NCBI RefSeq assembly: GCF_014860165.1
Contig: NZ_JACZKG010000062.1
Location: 46,507-110,506, forward strand
From: Devosia sp.
Lineage (GTDB): Bacteria; Pseudomonadota; Alphaproteobacteria; Rhizobiales; Devosiaceae
Direction of reading: 5' to 3'
DNA length: 64,000 bases
How positions within the stretch are numbered: the stretch's first letter is position 1; each line of letters begins with the position of its first letter. The translations under genes were made by a program, and so were the position numbers. Under the pieces are notes generated by a model. The model did no database searches. It was not told the origin of the DNA and saw only the letters and a list, made by a program, of their open reading frames with translations. This document shows positions 38,249-48,127 of the stretch, piece by piece.

Positions 38249-39475
38249 TCACGACGCGGGCACAGGCTGCCCCCTCATCCGCCGGAAGCTGGGCATGGCA
38301 ATGGGCGACAGGGTTGCCAGCAGGTAGAGCAGTGCGGTTACGCCCAAGGCGGTCGCAATGCCCCAGTTGTCGATCAGCAGCCCGCCAAATAGCCCGCCAA
38401 ATGGCATCAGGCCCCAGGCCAAAGCCCCGAACAGCGCGATCACCCGACCGACCATTGGCGTCGGAATCTGTTCGAACATGATAGCCCCGATGATGGGATT
38501 GAGAAATCCGGCGCCAAAACCGCTGACCAACAGGATGGAGAGGATCACCGGTACCGGCGCGTCGATGGCGAATGCCGTCATGGGCAATGGACCGGCGAGC
38601 AGGAACCCGACCACATAGATAGGCAGTCGCGGCAACCTATGGCCCACGGCGGCGGCGATGGCGGCCCCGAAAATGGATGCGCCGGAAAAGGTGGCCAGAA
38701 AGATGCCAATCCAGGTCACATCCAGCCCCTCCGCCCGTACCCAGACCGGCAGCAGCACCATGGCATAGGCCTGGTCGAAGAGATTGGTGATGGCAATCAT
38801 GACGACGAGGCTGCGCAGCACCGGGTTGCGGCTCAATACGCTCCACCCGGCCGCGAATTCGGAGCGATAGCTGCTGGAGCGGTCCCGCCTGGGGGCCTTG
38901 GCAACGTGGCCGGGGACACCCAGCGCCACGACCAGCGCCGACAGGCAGAATGCCGCGGCATTGGCGAGCAGCGCCGGCGCGGGACCCAGCAGGGCGATCA
39001 ATGCGCCGGCGCTGGCGGCGCCCAAGGTTCCGGCCAGGCGATCGCTGGCGCCCATGACGCCGGTGACCCGCTCCAGCGGCACCTTTCCCAGCGCAGCAAT
39101 TGTCGGCACCAGCGCGTGCTTTGCTGCGTCGGAGGGCGCACGCAGCACGCCGATCAGCGCCACTGCCGGCAGAAGAACCCAGATGGACAGCAGGCCCAGC
39201 CAGAACAGCAATGGCACCAGCATCACGGCGAGCGTCGAAAGCCCGTCGGACCAGATGGCGACACGGCGCGCACCAAGGCGATCGATCAGCGGACCGCCCA
39301 ATGCCTTGGTCAGCACATAGGGCAGCATTTCGGCAAAGCCCACCAGGCCCGTGAGCACCGGGCTGCCCGTCGTCGTCAGCACCAGCCACGGAATGGCGAT
39401 GGTGGACACCCTTGTGCCACCGATCGAGGCGACACTGGCAACAGCCAGCGAGATGAGAGGTCCGTGCCCGCTCAT
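38249..39475 (-). CDS. MFS transporter (EntS/MFS_3-like)
   Basis: 408 aa from MSGHGPLISLAVASVA, with 12 hydrophobic segments. The ATG overlaps the stop of the upstream wHTH regulator (ATGA). Confidence 0.8.
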   Translation of the reverse strand: MSGHGPLISLAVASVASIGGTRVSTIAIPWLVLTTTGSPVLTGLVGFAEMLPYVLTKALGGPLIDRLGARRVAIWSDGLSTLAVMLVPLLFWLGLLSIWVLLPAVALIGVLRAPSDAAKHALVPTIAALGKVPLERVTGVMGASDRLAGTLGAASAGALIALLGPAPALLANAAAFCLSALVVALGVPGHVAKAPRRDRSSSYRSEFAAGWSVLSRNPVLRSLVVMIAITNLFDQAYAMVLLPVWVRAEGLDVTWIGIFLATFSGASIFGAAIAAAVGHRLPRLPIYVVGFLLAGPLPMTAFAIDAPVPVILSILLVSGFGAGFLNPIIGAIMFEQIPTPMVGRVIALFGALAWGLMPFGGLFGGLLIDNWGIATALGVTALLYLLATLSPIAMPSFRRMRGQPVPAS

Positions 39476-40077
39476 GACGTCCCCTTCTCCTCGGGCGGAC
39501 GAGGAAAGCCGTGCAGGATGATGGCGAAAGGCTCCACCCCATCTGGATAAGGCCCGCCCATGGGCGGCGCCGATTGCATGGCTTCCCACAGCACATCCTG
39601 GAGCTTTTTCACCAGCGCCTCTGCCTTCGCCGCGGTGAGCGGAATATAGTAGTCGCTGACGGTCGAGGCCTTGCGCCATTCCGGGGTGAGGTTGACGTGG
39701 TTCCGCAGCGCGCTCTGCATCTGCATGATCTGCCAGTTGAGCGCGGCCTGCCCGAAGGCCATCCCGGCCTCCAGCGCCTCGCCATCGCCCGCATCTGTTC
39801 CAAAGCTGGTCGATTCGTGTACCGCTCGCCACCAGCGGTCACGCGCATTGCCGCGCTCTACATCCTCAACGATGAAGCCGTGATGCGCCAATTGCCGGAG
39901 ATGGTAGCTCGTCGCACCCGAATTGAGCCCCAGCCGAGCTGCCAGGCCCGACGCCGTTGCCGGCCCATCAAGCCGCAGCAAGCCCAGAATTTGCAGCCGC
40001 ACCGGATGCGCCAGCGCCTTGAGCGCTGTTGGATCGGGCGTGACCTGACGGATTTCGCGTAGATGTGTTCTGGTCAT
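39472..40077 (-). CDS. ArsR-like winged-helix transcriptional regulator (201 aa, with C-terminal extension)
   Basis: ALAHPVRLQILGLLRLDGPATASGLAARLGLNSGATSYHLRQLAHHGFI. It is translationally coupled to the MFS gene. Confidence 0.75.
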   Translation of the reverse strand: MTRTHLREIRQVTPDPTALKALAHPVRLQILGLLRLDGPATASGLAARLGLNSGATSYHLRQLAHHGFIVEDVERGNARDRWWRAVHESTSFGTDAGDGEALEAGMAFGQAALNWQIMQMQSALRNHVNLTPEWRKASTVSDYYIPLTAAKAEALVKKLQDVLWEAMQSAPPMGGPYPDGVEPFAIILHGFPRPPEEKGTS

Positions 40078-40111
40078 GGCAGGACCTCAATAATGGGTCC
40101 AGCCTACGATC

Positions 40112-40141
40112 GCAAACATTTCTTTGCAAACATCTGTTTGC
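40112..40141. promoter_or_regulatory. Two overlapping palindromes GCAAACATTTCTTTGC and GCAAACA-TC-TGTTTGC upstream of the ArsR-like gene (candidate operators)
   Basis: Read directly; 35-64 nt upstream of the regulator start codon. The second palindrome has perfect 7-bp arms. Confidence 0.35.
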
Positions 40142-40143
40142 GG

Positions 40144-40551
40144 TCAGACTTCCGCCCCAGCAAACTCCACGCGCGCCTGGGCAATATGCCGGTGGTTCTC
40201 GCTGGCCCAAGAAATCAGATGGCCAAACGGCACGATGATCGAGTTTCCCAGCGGGGTCAGGCGATATTCCACCGAAGGCGGCTTGGTATCGAAGACACGA
40301 CGCGCCACCATGCCGTCACGCTGCAGGTCGCGCAGCGTCTGGGTCAGCATTTTCTGGGAGATGTCGGGGACTTCCCGCCGGAGCTGGTTGAAGCGCTTGG
40401 GGCCACTGGCGAGCGTCATCACCAGCAGCATGCTCCATTTATCGCTGATCTTGTCGAGCACGCCGCGCACCGGGCAATCGCTGGAGGGGCCACCCACGCT
40501 GCTGTTCCAGCGCTCGACATAGAGTTCTGCTTCTTCGGACAGGTTGCGCAT
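40144..40551 (-). CDS. HxlR-family winged-helix transcriptional regulator
   Basis: [62 protein letters not shown] is a textbook HxlR core. It is divergent from the NmrA-like gene. Confidence 0.85.
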   Translation of the reverse strand: MRNLSEEAELYVERWNSSVGGPSSDCPVRGVLDKISDKWSMLLVMTLASGPKRFNQLRREVPDISQKMLTQTLRDLQRDGMVARRVFDTKPPSVEYRLTPLGNSIIVPFGHLISWASENHRHIAQARVEFAGAEV

Positions 40552-40673
40552 GCGGTTACTCCGGGGTGCCTTTGTGCGGCGAAAGTGCCTCCTTTCGCAG
40601 GCGATCAAAGCCCACTAGATAGCACTCTCCATTTGATACTTACTCTCCATAGGCATCCGCCGCAAGGACGAGT

Positions 40674-40685
40674 TTGTTGCAACAA
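40674..40685. promoter_or_regulatory. Perfect 12-bp palindrome TTGTTGCAACAA abutting the RBS of the NmrA-like gene (candidate HxlR operator)
   Basis: Read directly in the HxlR / NmrA-like divergent intergenic region. Confidence 0.3.
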
Positions 40686-40696
40686 GGAGAGCGAAG

Positions 40697-41578
40697 ATGA
40701 CGACATTCAAGGATCAGACCCTGCTGGTCACCGGCGCAGCGGGCCAGTTTGGCCGCATCGCTGTCGAGGAACTGCTGGCGCGCGGCGCCACCAAGGTCAT
40801 TGCCGGCACGCGCGATCCGGCCAAGCTGGCCGATCTCGCCGCCCGGGGCGTTACGGTGCGCAAGGTCGATTTCGACGATGCCGCGAGCCTGGTTTCCGGC
40901 TTTGCTGGCGTCGACCGCGTCCTGATCATCAGCACCGATAGCATCGGCAAGCGTGCTGCCCAGCAGTCGGCAGCCGTTGCCGCTGCCAGGGCCGCTGGCG
41001 TCAAGCACGTCGTCTACACCTCGGCTCCGGCCGCGCGGCCCAATGCCGATGCAGGTCTTGCCGCCGAGCATTTCTGGACTGAGGTCGCCATTGCCCAAAG
41101 CGGGCTCGATTTCACCATCCTGCGCGATCACATGTATGCCGAAAACACCCTGATGAGCGCCGCCCACGAAATCGCCTCGGGGCAGCTGTTCGGCCTCATC
41201 GGTGACCGCGGCACGGCCTATGTCACGCGTGCCGACGCAGCTCGCACCGCCGCCGGCGCGTTGCTGACGGCTGAGGGCAAGTCCGTCCTCGACGTCACCG
41301 GCCCCGCCCCCGTCACCAATGCTGAGCGCGCCGAACTCTACACGAAGGCGACCGGCAGGACCGTGACCTGCGTCGCCATCACCCCGCCGGAACTGACTGC
41401 CGGCATGGTCGCGGCTGGCCTGCCCGAGGGGTTTGCCCAGGCCCTGGTGGCGTTCCAGGTCGATGCCGTGATCGGCTACCACGGCGCGGTCACCGACGTG
41501 GTCGAACACTTCTCTGGCCGCAGGCCGCAGGCCTTTGCCGACTTCCTCGCCCAGAACCGCCCTGCCCTGGGCGCCTGA
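40697..41578 (+). CDS. NAD(P)H-binding NmrA-like / atypical SDR oxidoreductase (YtfG/QorB-like)
   Basis: LLVTGAAGQFGRIAVEELLARG is a Rossmann motif. The protein is 293 aa and is paired with the HxlR regulator, as is common for this family. Confidence 0.85.
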   Translation: MTTFKDQTLLVTGAAGQFGRIAVEELLARGATKVIAGTRDPAKLADLAARGVTVRKVDFDDAASLVSGFAGVDRVLIISTDSIGKRAAQQSAAVAAARAAGVKHVVYTSAPAARPNADAGLAAEHFWTEVAIAQSGLDFTILRDHMYAENTLMSAAHEIASGQLFGLIGDRGTAYVTRADAARTAAGALLTAEGKSVLDVTGPAPVTNAERAELYTKATGRTVTCVAITPPELTAGMVAAGLPEGFAQALVAFQVDAVIGYHGAVTDVVEHFSGRRPQAFADFLAQNRPALGA

Positions 41579-41676
41579 CAGGACAGCCCGGTCCCTTCCG
41601 AGGGACCGGGCGCCGACATGGGCAGGAGTGGCGGCGCATGCTAGGGGTTCCGGATCGTCCTCACCGGTCCCTAGAC

Positions 41677-42723
41677 ATGCCTCAACTCGTCAAGCCCAGA
41701 CGCCTCGTTGCCGGCGATACGATCGCGGCCGTTACGCCCTCCTGGGGAGGACCCGGCACCTTTCCGCAGCGCTATGCCGCTGGAAAGGCCCAGATCGAAC
41801 AGCGATGTGGGCTCAAGGTCGTGGAGATGGCGCATACGCTGGCACCCGCCGAGTGGATCGCGCAGAACCCGCAGGCGCGCGCGGCGGACCTGATGGATGC
41901 CTTCACCGACCCGACTATTTCCGGGATATTCGCCACCATCGGCGGGGACGATTGCATCAGGCTGCTGCCTTACCTCGATCTCGATGTCATCCGGTCCAAT
42001 CCCAAGGTCTTTCTCGGCTTTTCCGACACCACGGCCTTGCATCTGGCCTGCTATGCGGCCGGTCTGACCTCATTCTACGGCCCCAGCATCATGGCCGGCT
42101 TTGCCGAAAATGGCGGCATGCACGCCTATACCGCTGATGGTGTCCACCAAGCCATGTTCGCCGCCGCGCCGATCGGTGCCGTACCGATCAATACCGAGGG
42201 CTGGACGGCTGGCCCCACGGATTGGGCAAGTTCGGTCCTTCAGGCGCAGCCACGTCATCTCCAGCCCGCCGATGCGCCCCGTATCCTCCAGGGATCCGGC
42301 ACGGCGACCGGCCATCTGCTGGGTGGCTGCGCCGAAGTGCTGGAGATGACCAAGGGCACCGCCTGGTGGCCGGACAAGGCCGCCTGGCAGGGCGCGATCC
42401 TGTTCTTCGAGACCTCCGAGGATGCGCCCTCCCCCCATTTCATCCGCTATTGGCTGCGCAACTACGCTGCATCGGGCATTATTGGTGGCCTGGCCGGACT
42501 GCTCATCGCGCGTGCCGATCCTAAGGGCGACAGCGGTTATCAGCAGGCCATGGAGGCCGCCATACTGCAGGTCCTGGCGGAAGCCGGGCGCGGCGATCTC
42601 CCCGTGCTGGCCGGGCTCGATTTCGGCCACACCCAGCCAATGCTCACCCTGCCCTATGGCGTAGAGGCCCGCATCGACTGTGCGACTGGACGGCTGACCA
42701 TTCTGGAATCCGGCGTGAGCTAA
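41677..42723 (+). CDS. LD-carboxypeptidase family protein (peptidase S66, MccF-like)
   Basis: GDTIAAVTPSWGG, FATIGGDDCIRLLPYLD and FLGFSDTTALHLA (Ser nucleophile context), plus C-terminal DFGHTQP. Confidence 0.8.
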   Translation: MPQLVKPRRLVAGDTIAAVTPSWGGPGTFPQRYAAGKAQIEQRCGLKVVEMAHTLAPAEWIAQNPQARAADLMDAFTDPTISGIFATIGGDDCIRLLPYLDLDVIRSNPKVFLGFSDTTALHLACYAAGLTSFYGPSIMAGFAENGGMHAYTADGVHQAMFAAAPIGAVPINTEGWTAGPTDWASSVLQAQPRHLQPADAPRILQGSGTATGHLLGGCAEVLEMTKGTAWWPDKAAWQGAILFFETSEDAPSPHFIRYWLRNYAASGIIGGLAGLLIARADPKGDSGYQQAMEAAILQVLAEAGRGDLPVLAGLDFGHTQPMLTLPYGVEARIDCATGRLTILESGVS

Positions 42724-42833
42724 CAGCATTGTTGCCGGATTCCAGCCCGAACACGGCTGTGTTCTGGACGCCTCCGTGACAAACCCGTAGGAATCGCGCC
42801 AATTCACTGCCGTATTCGCGGAGTCGGGTCCCG

Positions 42834-45218
42834 GTGTCAGTTGGTTCTTTCTTCAGCCGCCTCTGGGCGCGCTTCGCCTATGATCGATCCATCGGCTTCG
42901 GCCTCGAATATATCGGCCTCACCACGCTGCGCTATCCACGCGCTGTTGCCATCGCCGTGCTGGCCTTCTCAATTCTGTGTTTCACCCAGATCCCCAGGGC
43001 GAATGTCGATGGCGACCTGCTGCGCGTCTATGCCCATTCCGGGCAGTATTATGACGCCTATGAGCACCTGTCCGACACTTTCGGCACGTTCGAGAACGAT
43101 GTCTATGTGCTGGTCAACTCCCCGCGCCTGACCGAGCCGGAAACGCTGGAGCGCGTGCGCGAGCTGGCGTTCGACCTCGAACTCAACGAGTTCGCGGTCG
43201 GCACCATGTCGCCATTTACCCTGCGCAAGCCCGATGGCTTCGGTGGCTCCGTGCCGGCCGTCCCCGAGGGGATGGACGATTTCGGCGAAGTCGCCGTGGC
43301 GCTTGCCGACCTGCAGCAGAACGACCCCATGATGCGCAATCTGATCACGCCGGACCTCAGCGGCGTCGTGCTCATCGTGTTTCCCAACCAGGAGATGACC
43401 AGGGGCGACGGCACCAAGCAGATGATCGCTTCACTGCGCGAGACCATCGCGCCCTATCAGGACGAGAACATCTCGGTCGAACTGACGGGGCCCCCGATCT
43501 GGACCTCGGAAATGCTCAACGCCGCGGTGGATGACCAGGTCAAGTTCACCGTCTGGGGTTTTGGGCTCGGCGCCGTCATTGCCCTGCTGGCCCTGCGCTC
43601 CCTGCCCGCAGCGCTGCTGGTGGCGGCAACGCCGTTCCTGGCTGTCATGTGGTCGATGGGCCTCATCCTGCTGTTCTTTGGGTCCTTCTCGTTCCTCACC
43701 ATCATCGTCACCACGCTGGTGCTGGTGATCAGCTTTGCCGAGTCGATGTTCTTCGTCTTCAACTGGCTGGCCTATTGGCGGGACGGCATGGAGCCCAACA
43801 AGGCCGTCGACGCCACGGTGAAGCTGGTCGGCCCGGCAGCGGCGCTCACCATGCTGACCACCTTTGTCAGCTTCGCCTCGCTGGCGCTGACGCCCGGCCA
43901 GGGTGTGCGGGAATTCTCCATTGCCGGCGCCATCGGCACCTTCCTGCTCTTTGTTTGCCTCATGACCTTCCTGCCGCTGATGCTCAAGGCGGCGATCCGC
44001 CTCGGCTTCAAGGCGCCCAAGCGCAGCAGCCTGGTGCTGACGGCGCCGCTGCCGCTCAGCTGGTTCATCGCCAGCCGGTTCGGTCGCCAGCTGTCGATCC
44101 TGGCCATCGCGGTGACGGTCCTGCTGCTGATCCCCTATGCGCTGATCAAGCCTCATTTCTCCTTCGAGGACTTCGTCGCCAAGGACTCGTCGGCCCTCAG
44201 CGCCGCTGAGAATATCGACGAGGGCGTGGGCGGCGTGGCGCCGCTCTATATCCGCGTGCCGCTGCTGGATGACGATCCCAACGTCACCCCACGCGACTTC
44301 GAGACCATCAAGGCGGTGCACGACATTCTCGAAGCCCATCTCGGGCAGAACAAGGTCATCTCCGCCGCCAGCATGACCAACTACACCGAGACCGGCTTTA
44401 CCCGCGAAGAGGTGTTCGACGCCGTCGGTCCGTTCATGCGCAAGCGTTTCGTTACCGATGACGGCTCGCAGGCGCTGGTCACCGGCTTCATGCCGACCAT
44501 CATCGATTCCGACGCGCTGAAGCAACTTGTCGAGGAGGTCGACGCCCAGATGCAGGCGGCGGGGATCGAGGGGGCCGAAATTGGCGGTTTCCGCATCCTG
44601 ACCACCTTTGCCACCGACCAGATCGTCACCGGCCTGCAGCTCGACCTGACCATCTCGGTGCTGGTCAATCTCGGGTTGATCGGCTTTGCCTTCCAGTCAT
44701 TCCGGGTGGCGCTGGCCTCGGCCATCCCCAACCTGTTCCCGGTGCTGGGCACCGAGGCGTGGCTCTATTTCACCGGACAGGGCCTGCAACTGACCACGGT
44801 CATCGCCCTGACCATCGCCTTCGGCATTGCGGTGGACGATACGGTGCATTTCCTGTCGCATTACCTGCATTCGCGCCGTGAGGAAAAGCGGCCGCATATG
44901 GAGGCGGTCAAGCACACGCTGGATCGCATTGGCGGCGCGATCGTCGCCACCACCATCATCCTGTGTTCGGGCGTGGTGATCGTCACCTTCTCGGAACTGC
45001 CACAGGTGGCGCTGTTCGGCACGCTGTTCGTCTCGACGCTGGCCTTTGCCGTGATTGGCGACCTCTTCATCCTGCCGGCGCTGCTGGCTGCGGGTGGCAA
45101 GTTCTTCCAGCCGCTGGGCCGGATCAGGGTGCGCACGGCCGACCATGAGGCGACACCCGACGATCCGACCGGCGACACCATTACCGGCGAGGGCGGCACC
45201 GAGGGCCATACAAGCTGA
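42834..45218 (+). CDS. RND-superfamily MMPL/HpnN-like (sterol-sensing-domain type) transporter
   Basis: 794 aa with two large periplasmic loops, each followed by a 5-6 TM bundle. GTG start; the substrate is unknown. Confidence 0.8.
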   Translation: MSVGSFFSRLWARFAYDRSIGFGLEYIGLTTLRYPRAVAIAVLAFSILCFTQIPRANVDGDLLRVYAHSGQYYDAYEHLSDTFGTFENDVYVLVNSPRLTEPETLERVRELAFDLELNEFAVGTMSPFTLRKPDGFGGSVPAVPEGMDDFGEVAVALADLQQNDPMMRNLITPDLSGVVLIVFPNQEMTRGDGTKQMIASLRETIAPYQDENISVELTGPPIWTSEMLNAAVDDQVKFTVWGFGLGAVIALLALRSLPAALLVAATPFLAVMWSMGLILLFFGSFSFLTIIVTTLVLVISFAESMFFVFNWLAYWRDGMEPNKAVDATVKLVGPAAALTMLTTFVSFASLALTPGQGVREFSIAGAIGTFLLFVCLMTFLPLMLKAAIRLGFKAPKRSSLVLTAPLPLSWFIASRFGRQLSILAIAVTVLLLIPYALIKPHFSFEDFVAKDSSALSAAENIDEGVGGVAPLYIRVPLLDDDPNVTPRDFETIKAVHDILEAHLGQNKVISAASMTNYTETGFTREEVFDAVGPFMRKRFVTDDGSQALVTGFMPTIIDSDALKQLVEEVDAQMQAAGIEGAEIGGFRILTTFATDQIVTGLQLDLTISVLVNLGLIGFAFQSFRVALASAIPNLFPVLGTEAWLYFTGQGLQLTTVIALTIAFGIAVDDTVHFLSHYLHSRREEKRPHMEAVKHTLDRIGGAIVATTIILCSGVVIVTFSELPQVALFGTLFVSTLAFAVIGDLFILPALLAAGGKFFQPLGRIRVRTADHEATPDDPTGDTITGEGGTEGHTS

Positions 45219-45404
45219 TCGGCAGGCGCTTGCGAGCCAAAGCGGCCGCCGATTACATGGTGCGGCGCTGATTCTGCCGCCGCCCGTTCGGTTCGTGGCT
45301 CGGGCGGTCAAATTGTCGAGAAGTTGCCCGGCAGTCGCGCCGATTTGATATGGGTTGGGGTGAAATCTGCCGGGGGGCATGATTTCCGTGGAGGCTTAAT
45401 ACAA

Positions 45405-45926
45405 ATGACCAAGTTCGGACCCCTGTCACGCGCCGCGGCTCTGGCCGGCCTGCTGGCTGCGAGCGGCGCTGCTCCGGCTCTCGCGGCACCCGCCGACGTG
45501 GCCCTGCTGCAGTCCTATATCGGCGACTGGCGCGGCCGGGGCGTGCTGATCGGCGCCAATACCGAGACGGTGGTGTGCCGCATGTCGCTGACCCAGGGCA
45601 ACCAGGACAAGGTCAACTATAGCGGGCGCTGCACGCTGGCCGGCACCCAGCTTTCGGTGGCCGGCACCATGGCCTATGTCGAGGCCAGCAGGCGCTTTGA
45701 GGCGGCGATGAGCTCCAACGCCACCTTTACCGGTGTCGCCGTCGGCCAGAAGCGCGGTGGCGGCCTCGTCTTCAACCTGCGTGAGCGCGACAAGGACGAG
45801 GAAGGCAAAGACCTCAACATCACCGCCCAGATCACCCTGCAAGCCGATGCCATCGAGGTGGTCTTCGACGTGGTCTATGTTGACAGCGGCGACAGCCTGC
45901 GCGCCGAAGTTCCGTTCTCCCGCTAG
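45405..45926 (+). CDS. Hypothetical secreted protein (173 aa)
   Basis: Signal peptide MTKFGPLSRAAALAGLLAASGAAPALA. The mature part has two Cys (VVCRMS, GRCTLAG). I recognise no family. Confidence 0.55.
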   Translation: MTKFGPLSRAAALAGLLAASGAAPALAAPADVALLQSYIGDWRGRGVLIGANTETVVCRMSLTQGNQDKVNYSGRCTLAGTQLSVAGTMAYVEASRRFEAAMSSNATFTGVAVGQKRGGGLVFNLRERDKDEEGKDLNITAQITLQADAIEVVFDVVYVDSGDSLRAEVPFSR

Positions 45927-46085
45927 ACCTGAAAGCCCTCGGGCAAACGTCGGATTTGTTTTCGATGTCAGCGGATTAGGACTGAAGAAGTCTTAACCAG
46001 CGCGCGCTACCGTTCCTCGACGATCCAGGAGCGCCCCTTGCGCAGTGTTACCGCAGCCATTGCCCCCTCGATACCGATCGCCGAC

Positions 46086-47363
46086 ATGCGGCAGGGTCCT
46101 GGCGCACGTTTGCAGCGGCTGTGTGACCTGCTCGGCATTGCCGGTGCGCGGCTGAGCAGCATCGCGACCGATGGTCTCTTCGTCACAGCTGCGGCCGGTG
46201 CGCAGACGCCCATGGCGGCACTTGAGGCCAGCGCCGTCGCGGCAGCGCAGCCGCTGGTGATTGCCGATACGGCGCAGGGGCCGGTGCGTTTCTATGTCGG
46301 AATCGTGCTTCCCGGAGAAGCCGATCACCCCAAACAACTGCTGAGCCTGTTCGATCCGCGGCCGCGCAGCGCCATGATGGCGACCACGATCGCGGCGCTG
46401 GCCGGAGAGGTTCTCGCCCAGGCGGCCATCGAGCGTCAGCGCCGCCAGCTCGAGGCGCAGGTGCGGATCATCAATGACTATGCCGCGCTCGAGGTGCAGC
46501 GGCGAACGCTGTTCGATCGCGCCTCGGCGACGGCTCGCATCGGCATCTGGCAATGCAATCTGAGCGATAACAGCCTGATCTGGACCAACGGCGTCTACGA
46601 CCTGTTCGAAATTCCCCGCGACACGGCGGTGACCCGCGAGCTGACCCTTGCCTGCTACACAGACGAGTCGCGGCGCCAAATGGAGGCGGCCCGGGCCGAG
46701 GCGATCGCCCGCTGCAGTGATTTCTCGCTCGACTGCGAAATTGTCACCACATCAGGCAAGCGTCGCTGGATGCGGCTCACCGGCGCGGTGGAAAGCCGCG
46801 ATGGCGTAGCGCATCGCATCTTCGGAATGAAACAGGACATTACCGAAGAAAAGCTCATGGCCGATCGCACCCGTTACCTGGCCGAATTCGACGTGATGAC
46901 AGGCCTGGCCAACCGCACCCAGTTCCAGGCGCGGCTGGCCCAGCGCGATAGCGGCGACCGCGAGGTCGGCGCGCTATTGCTGATGGACCTCGACGGCTTC
47001 AAGCAGGTCAACGACACCTATGGCCATGCCATCGGCGATGTGTGCCTGAAGGAAGCCGCCCGCCGGCTGGTCGACGGCTGCGGTAGCGCGGACCTGGTGG
47101 CTCGCATCGGCGGCGACGAATTCGCGGTGCTGCTGGGGCCCGGCGCAACGCTGGCTGATATGGAAGCCTCGGCCGCAGGAATTGTCGGCAGCATGCGTGG
47201 CCCGGTATTCGTGACCGGGCAGACACTCCGCCTCAGCGCATCGGTCGGCATGGCGCCCTATCGCGGCGGATCGTCGGAGGACCTGTTTCGTCAGGCCGAC
47301 ATCGCCCTCTATGCCGCCAAGGCTGCCGGCCGCAACACCAGCAGCACGTTCAAGCCAGCATAG
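46086..47363 (+). CDS. Diguanylate cyclase with N-terminal GAF-like and PAS-like sensor regions
   Basis: GIWQCNLSDNSLIWTNGVYDLFEI (PAS-like), then DVMTGLANR...DLDGFKQVNDTYGH...RIGGDEFAVLL...ALYAAKAAGRN. No RxxD motif in the usual inhibitory-site position upstream of GGDEF by eye. The start is uncertain (46038 TTG or 46086 ATG). Confidence 0.85.
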   Translation: MRQGPGARLQRLCDLLGIAGARLSSIATDGLFVTAAAGAQTPMAALEASAVAAAQPLVIADTAQGPVRFYVGIVLPGEADHPKQLLSLFDPRPRSAMMATTIAALAGEVLAQAAIERQRRQLEAQVRIINDYAALEVQRRTLFDRASATARIGIWQCNLSDNSLIWTNGVYDLFEIPRDTAVTRELTLACYTDESRRQMEAARAEAIARCSDFSLDCEIVTTSGKRRWMRLTGAVESRDGVAHRIFGMKQDITEEKLMADRTRYLAEFDVMTGLANRTQFQARLAQRDSGDREVGALLLMDLDGFKQVNDTYGHAIGDVCLKEAARRLVDGCGSADLVARIGGDEFAVLLGPGATLADMEASAAGIVGSMRGPVFVTGQTLRLSASVGMAPYRGGSSEDLFRQADIALYAAKAAGRNTSSTFKPA

Positions 47364-47456
47364 GCCTGACAGCAGTCGCGGCCCTGTATCCGACAGGCTC
47401 TCCAAGCCCGATCGAAGAGGCCGACTGCGGCCTCCCCGTCTCGGTCGTATCGGTCA

Positions 47457-47975
47457 CTAGAACGGAATGTCGTCGTCCATGCCGCCGGGCTCGAAGGCCG
47501 GCGCATTGGCGCGGGGACGCTGTCCGCCGCCGCCGGCATTGTTGTCGCGCGCACCGCGGAAACCGCCGCCATTGTCGACGCCACGGAAACCGCCGCCGCC
47601 TTCGCCGGCGCTGTCACCATCACCGCGGCCGTCCAGCAGCGTCAGGTTCGAGTTGAAGCCCTGCAGCACCACTTCGGTGGAATACTTGTCGGCGCCCGAC
47701 TGGTCCTGCCACTTACGGGTCTGCAGCTGGCCTTCGAGATAGACCTTGCTGCCCTTGCGCAGGTAGCTTTCAGCCACGCGCGCCAGACCTTCCGAGAAGA
47801 TCACCACGCGATGCCACTCGGTCTTTTCGCGGCGCTCGCCCGTGTTCTTGTCTTTCCAGTTCTCGGAGGTGGCGACCGAAAGATTGACCACCTTGCCGCC
47901 GCTTGGCAGGTTCCGCACTTCCGGATCTGCACCAAGATTGCCGACCAGGATCACCTTGTTGACACTGCCTGCCAT
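47457..47975 (-). CDS. ssb: Single-stranded DNA-binding protein
   Basis: [23 protein letters not shown]-fold N-terminus, a Gly-rich linker and the acidic tail DDDIPF. Confidence 0.95.
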   Translation of the reverse strand: MAGSVNKVILVGNLGADPEVRNLPSGGKVVNLSVATSENWKDKNTGERREKTEWHRVVIFSEGLARVAESYLRKGSKVYLEGQLQTRKWQDQSGADKYSTEVVLQGFNSNLTLLDGRGDGDSAGEGGGGFRGVDNGGGFRGARDNNAGGGGQRPRANAPAFEPGGMDDDIPF

Positions 47976-48112
47976 CGCTCATTCCTTCTCTGATTCAGTC
48001 CCGGGTCCGTGTCCGCAGGGACGCTCACTTACATAGCGGCGGCACCTTACTCCCACCCGCGCCCTGCCGCCTGCACGTTGGCGCAGTTGTGAACAGAACT
48101 GTCGCCGCATCT

Positions 48113-48127
48113 GTTCTTGTTATGTTC
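48113..48127. promoter_or_regulatory. Alphaproteobacterial LexA (SOS) box GTTC-TTGTTAT-GTTC
   Basis: Perfect GTTC-N7-GTTC read directly, 138 nt upstream of the ssb start and 93 nt upstream of the LysE-family gene start. Confidence 0.6.

Noticed and set aside
35477-38392. 971-aa plus-strand ORF
   Set aside because: It is entirely antisense to gyrA and its composition is Ala/Arg/Gly/Asp/His-rich with no motifs. It is a shadow ORF.
48091-48099. GAACAGAAC near the ssb-proximal SOS box as an additional LexA site
   Set aside because: The spacing between the two GAAC repeats is 1 nt, not 7, so it does not fit the GTTC/GAAC-N7 operator.
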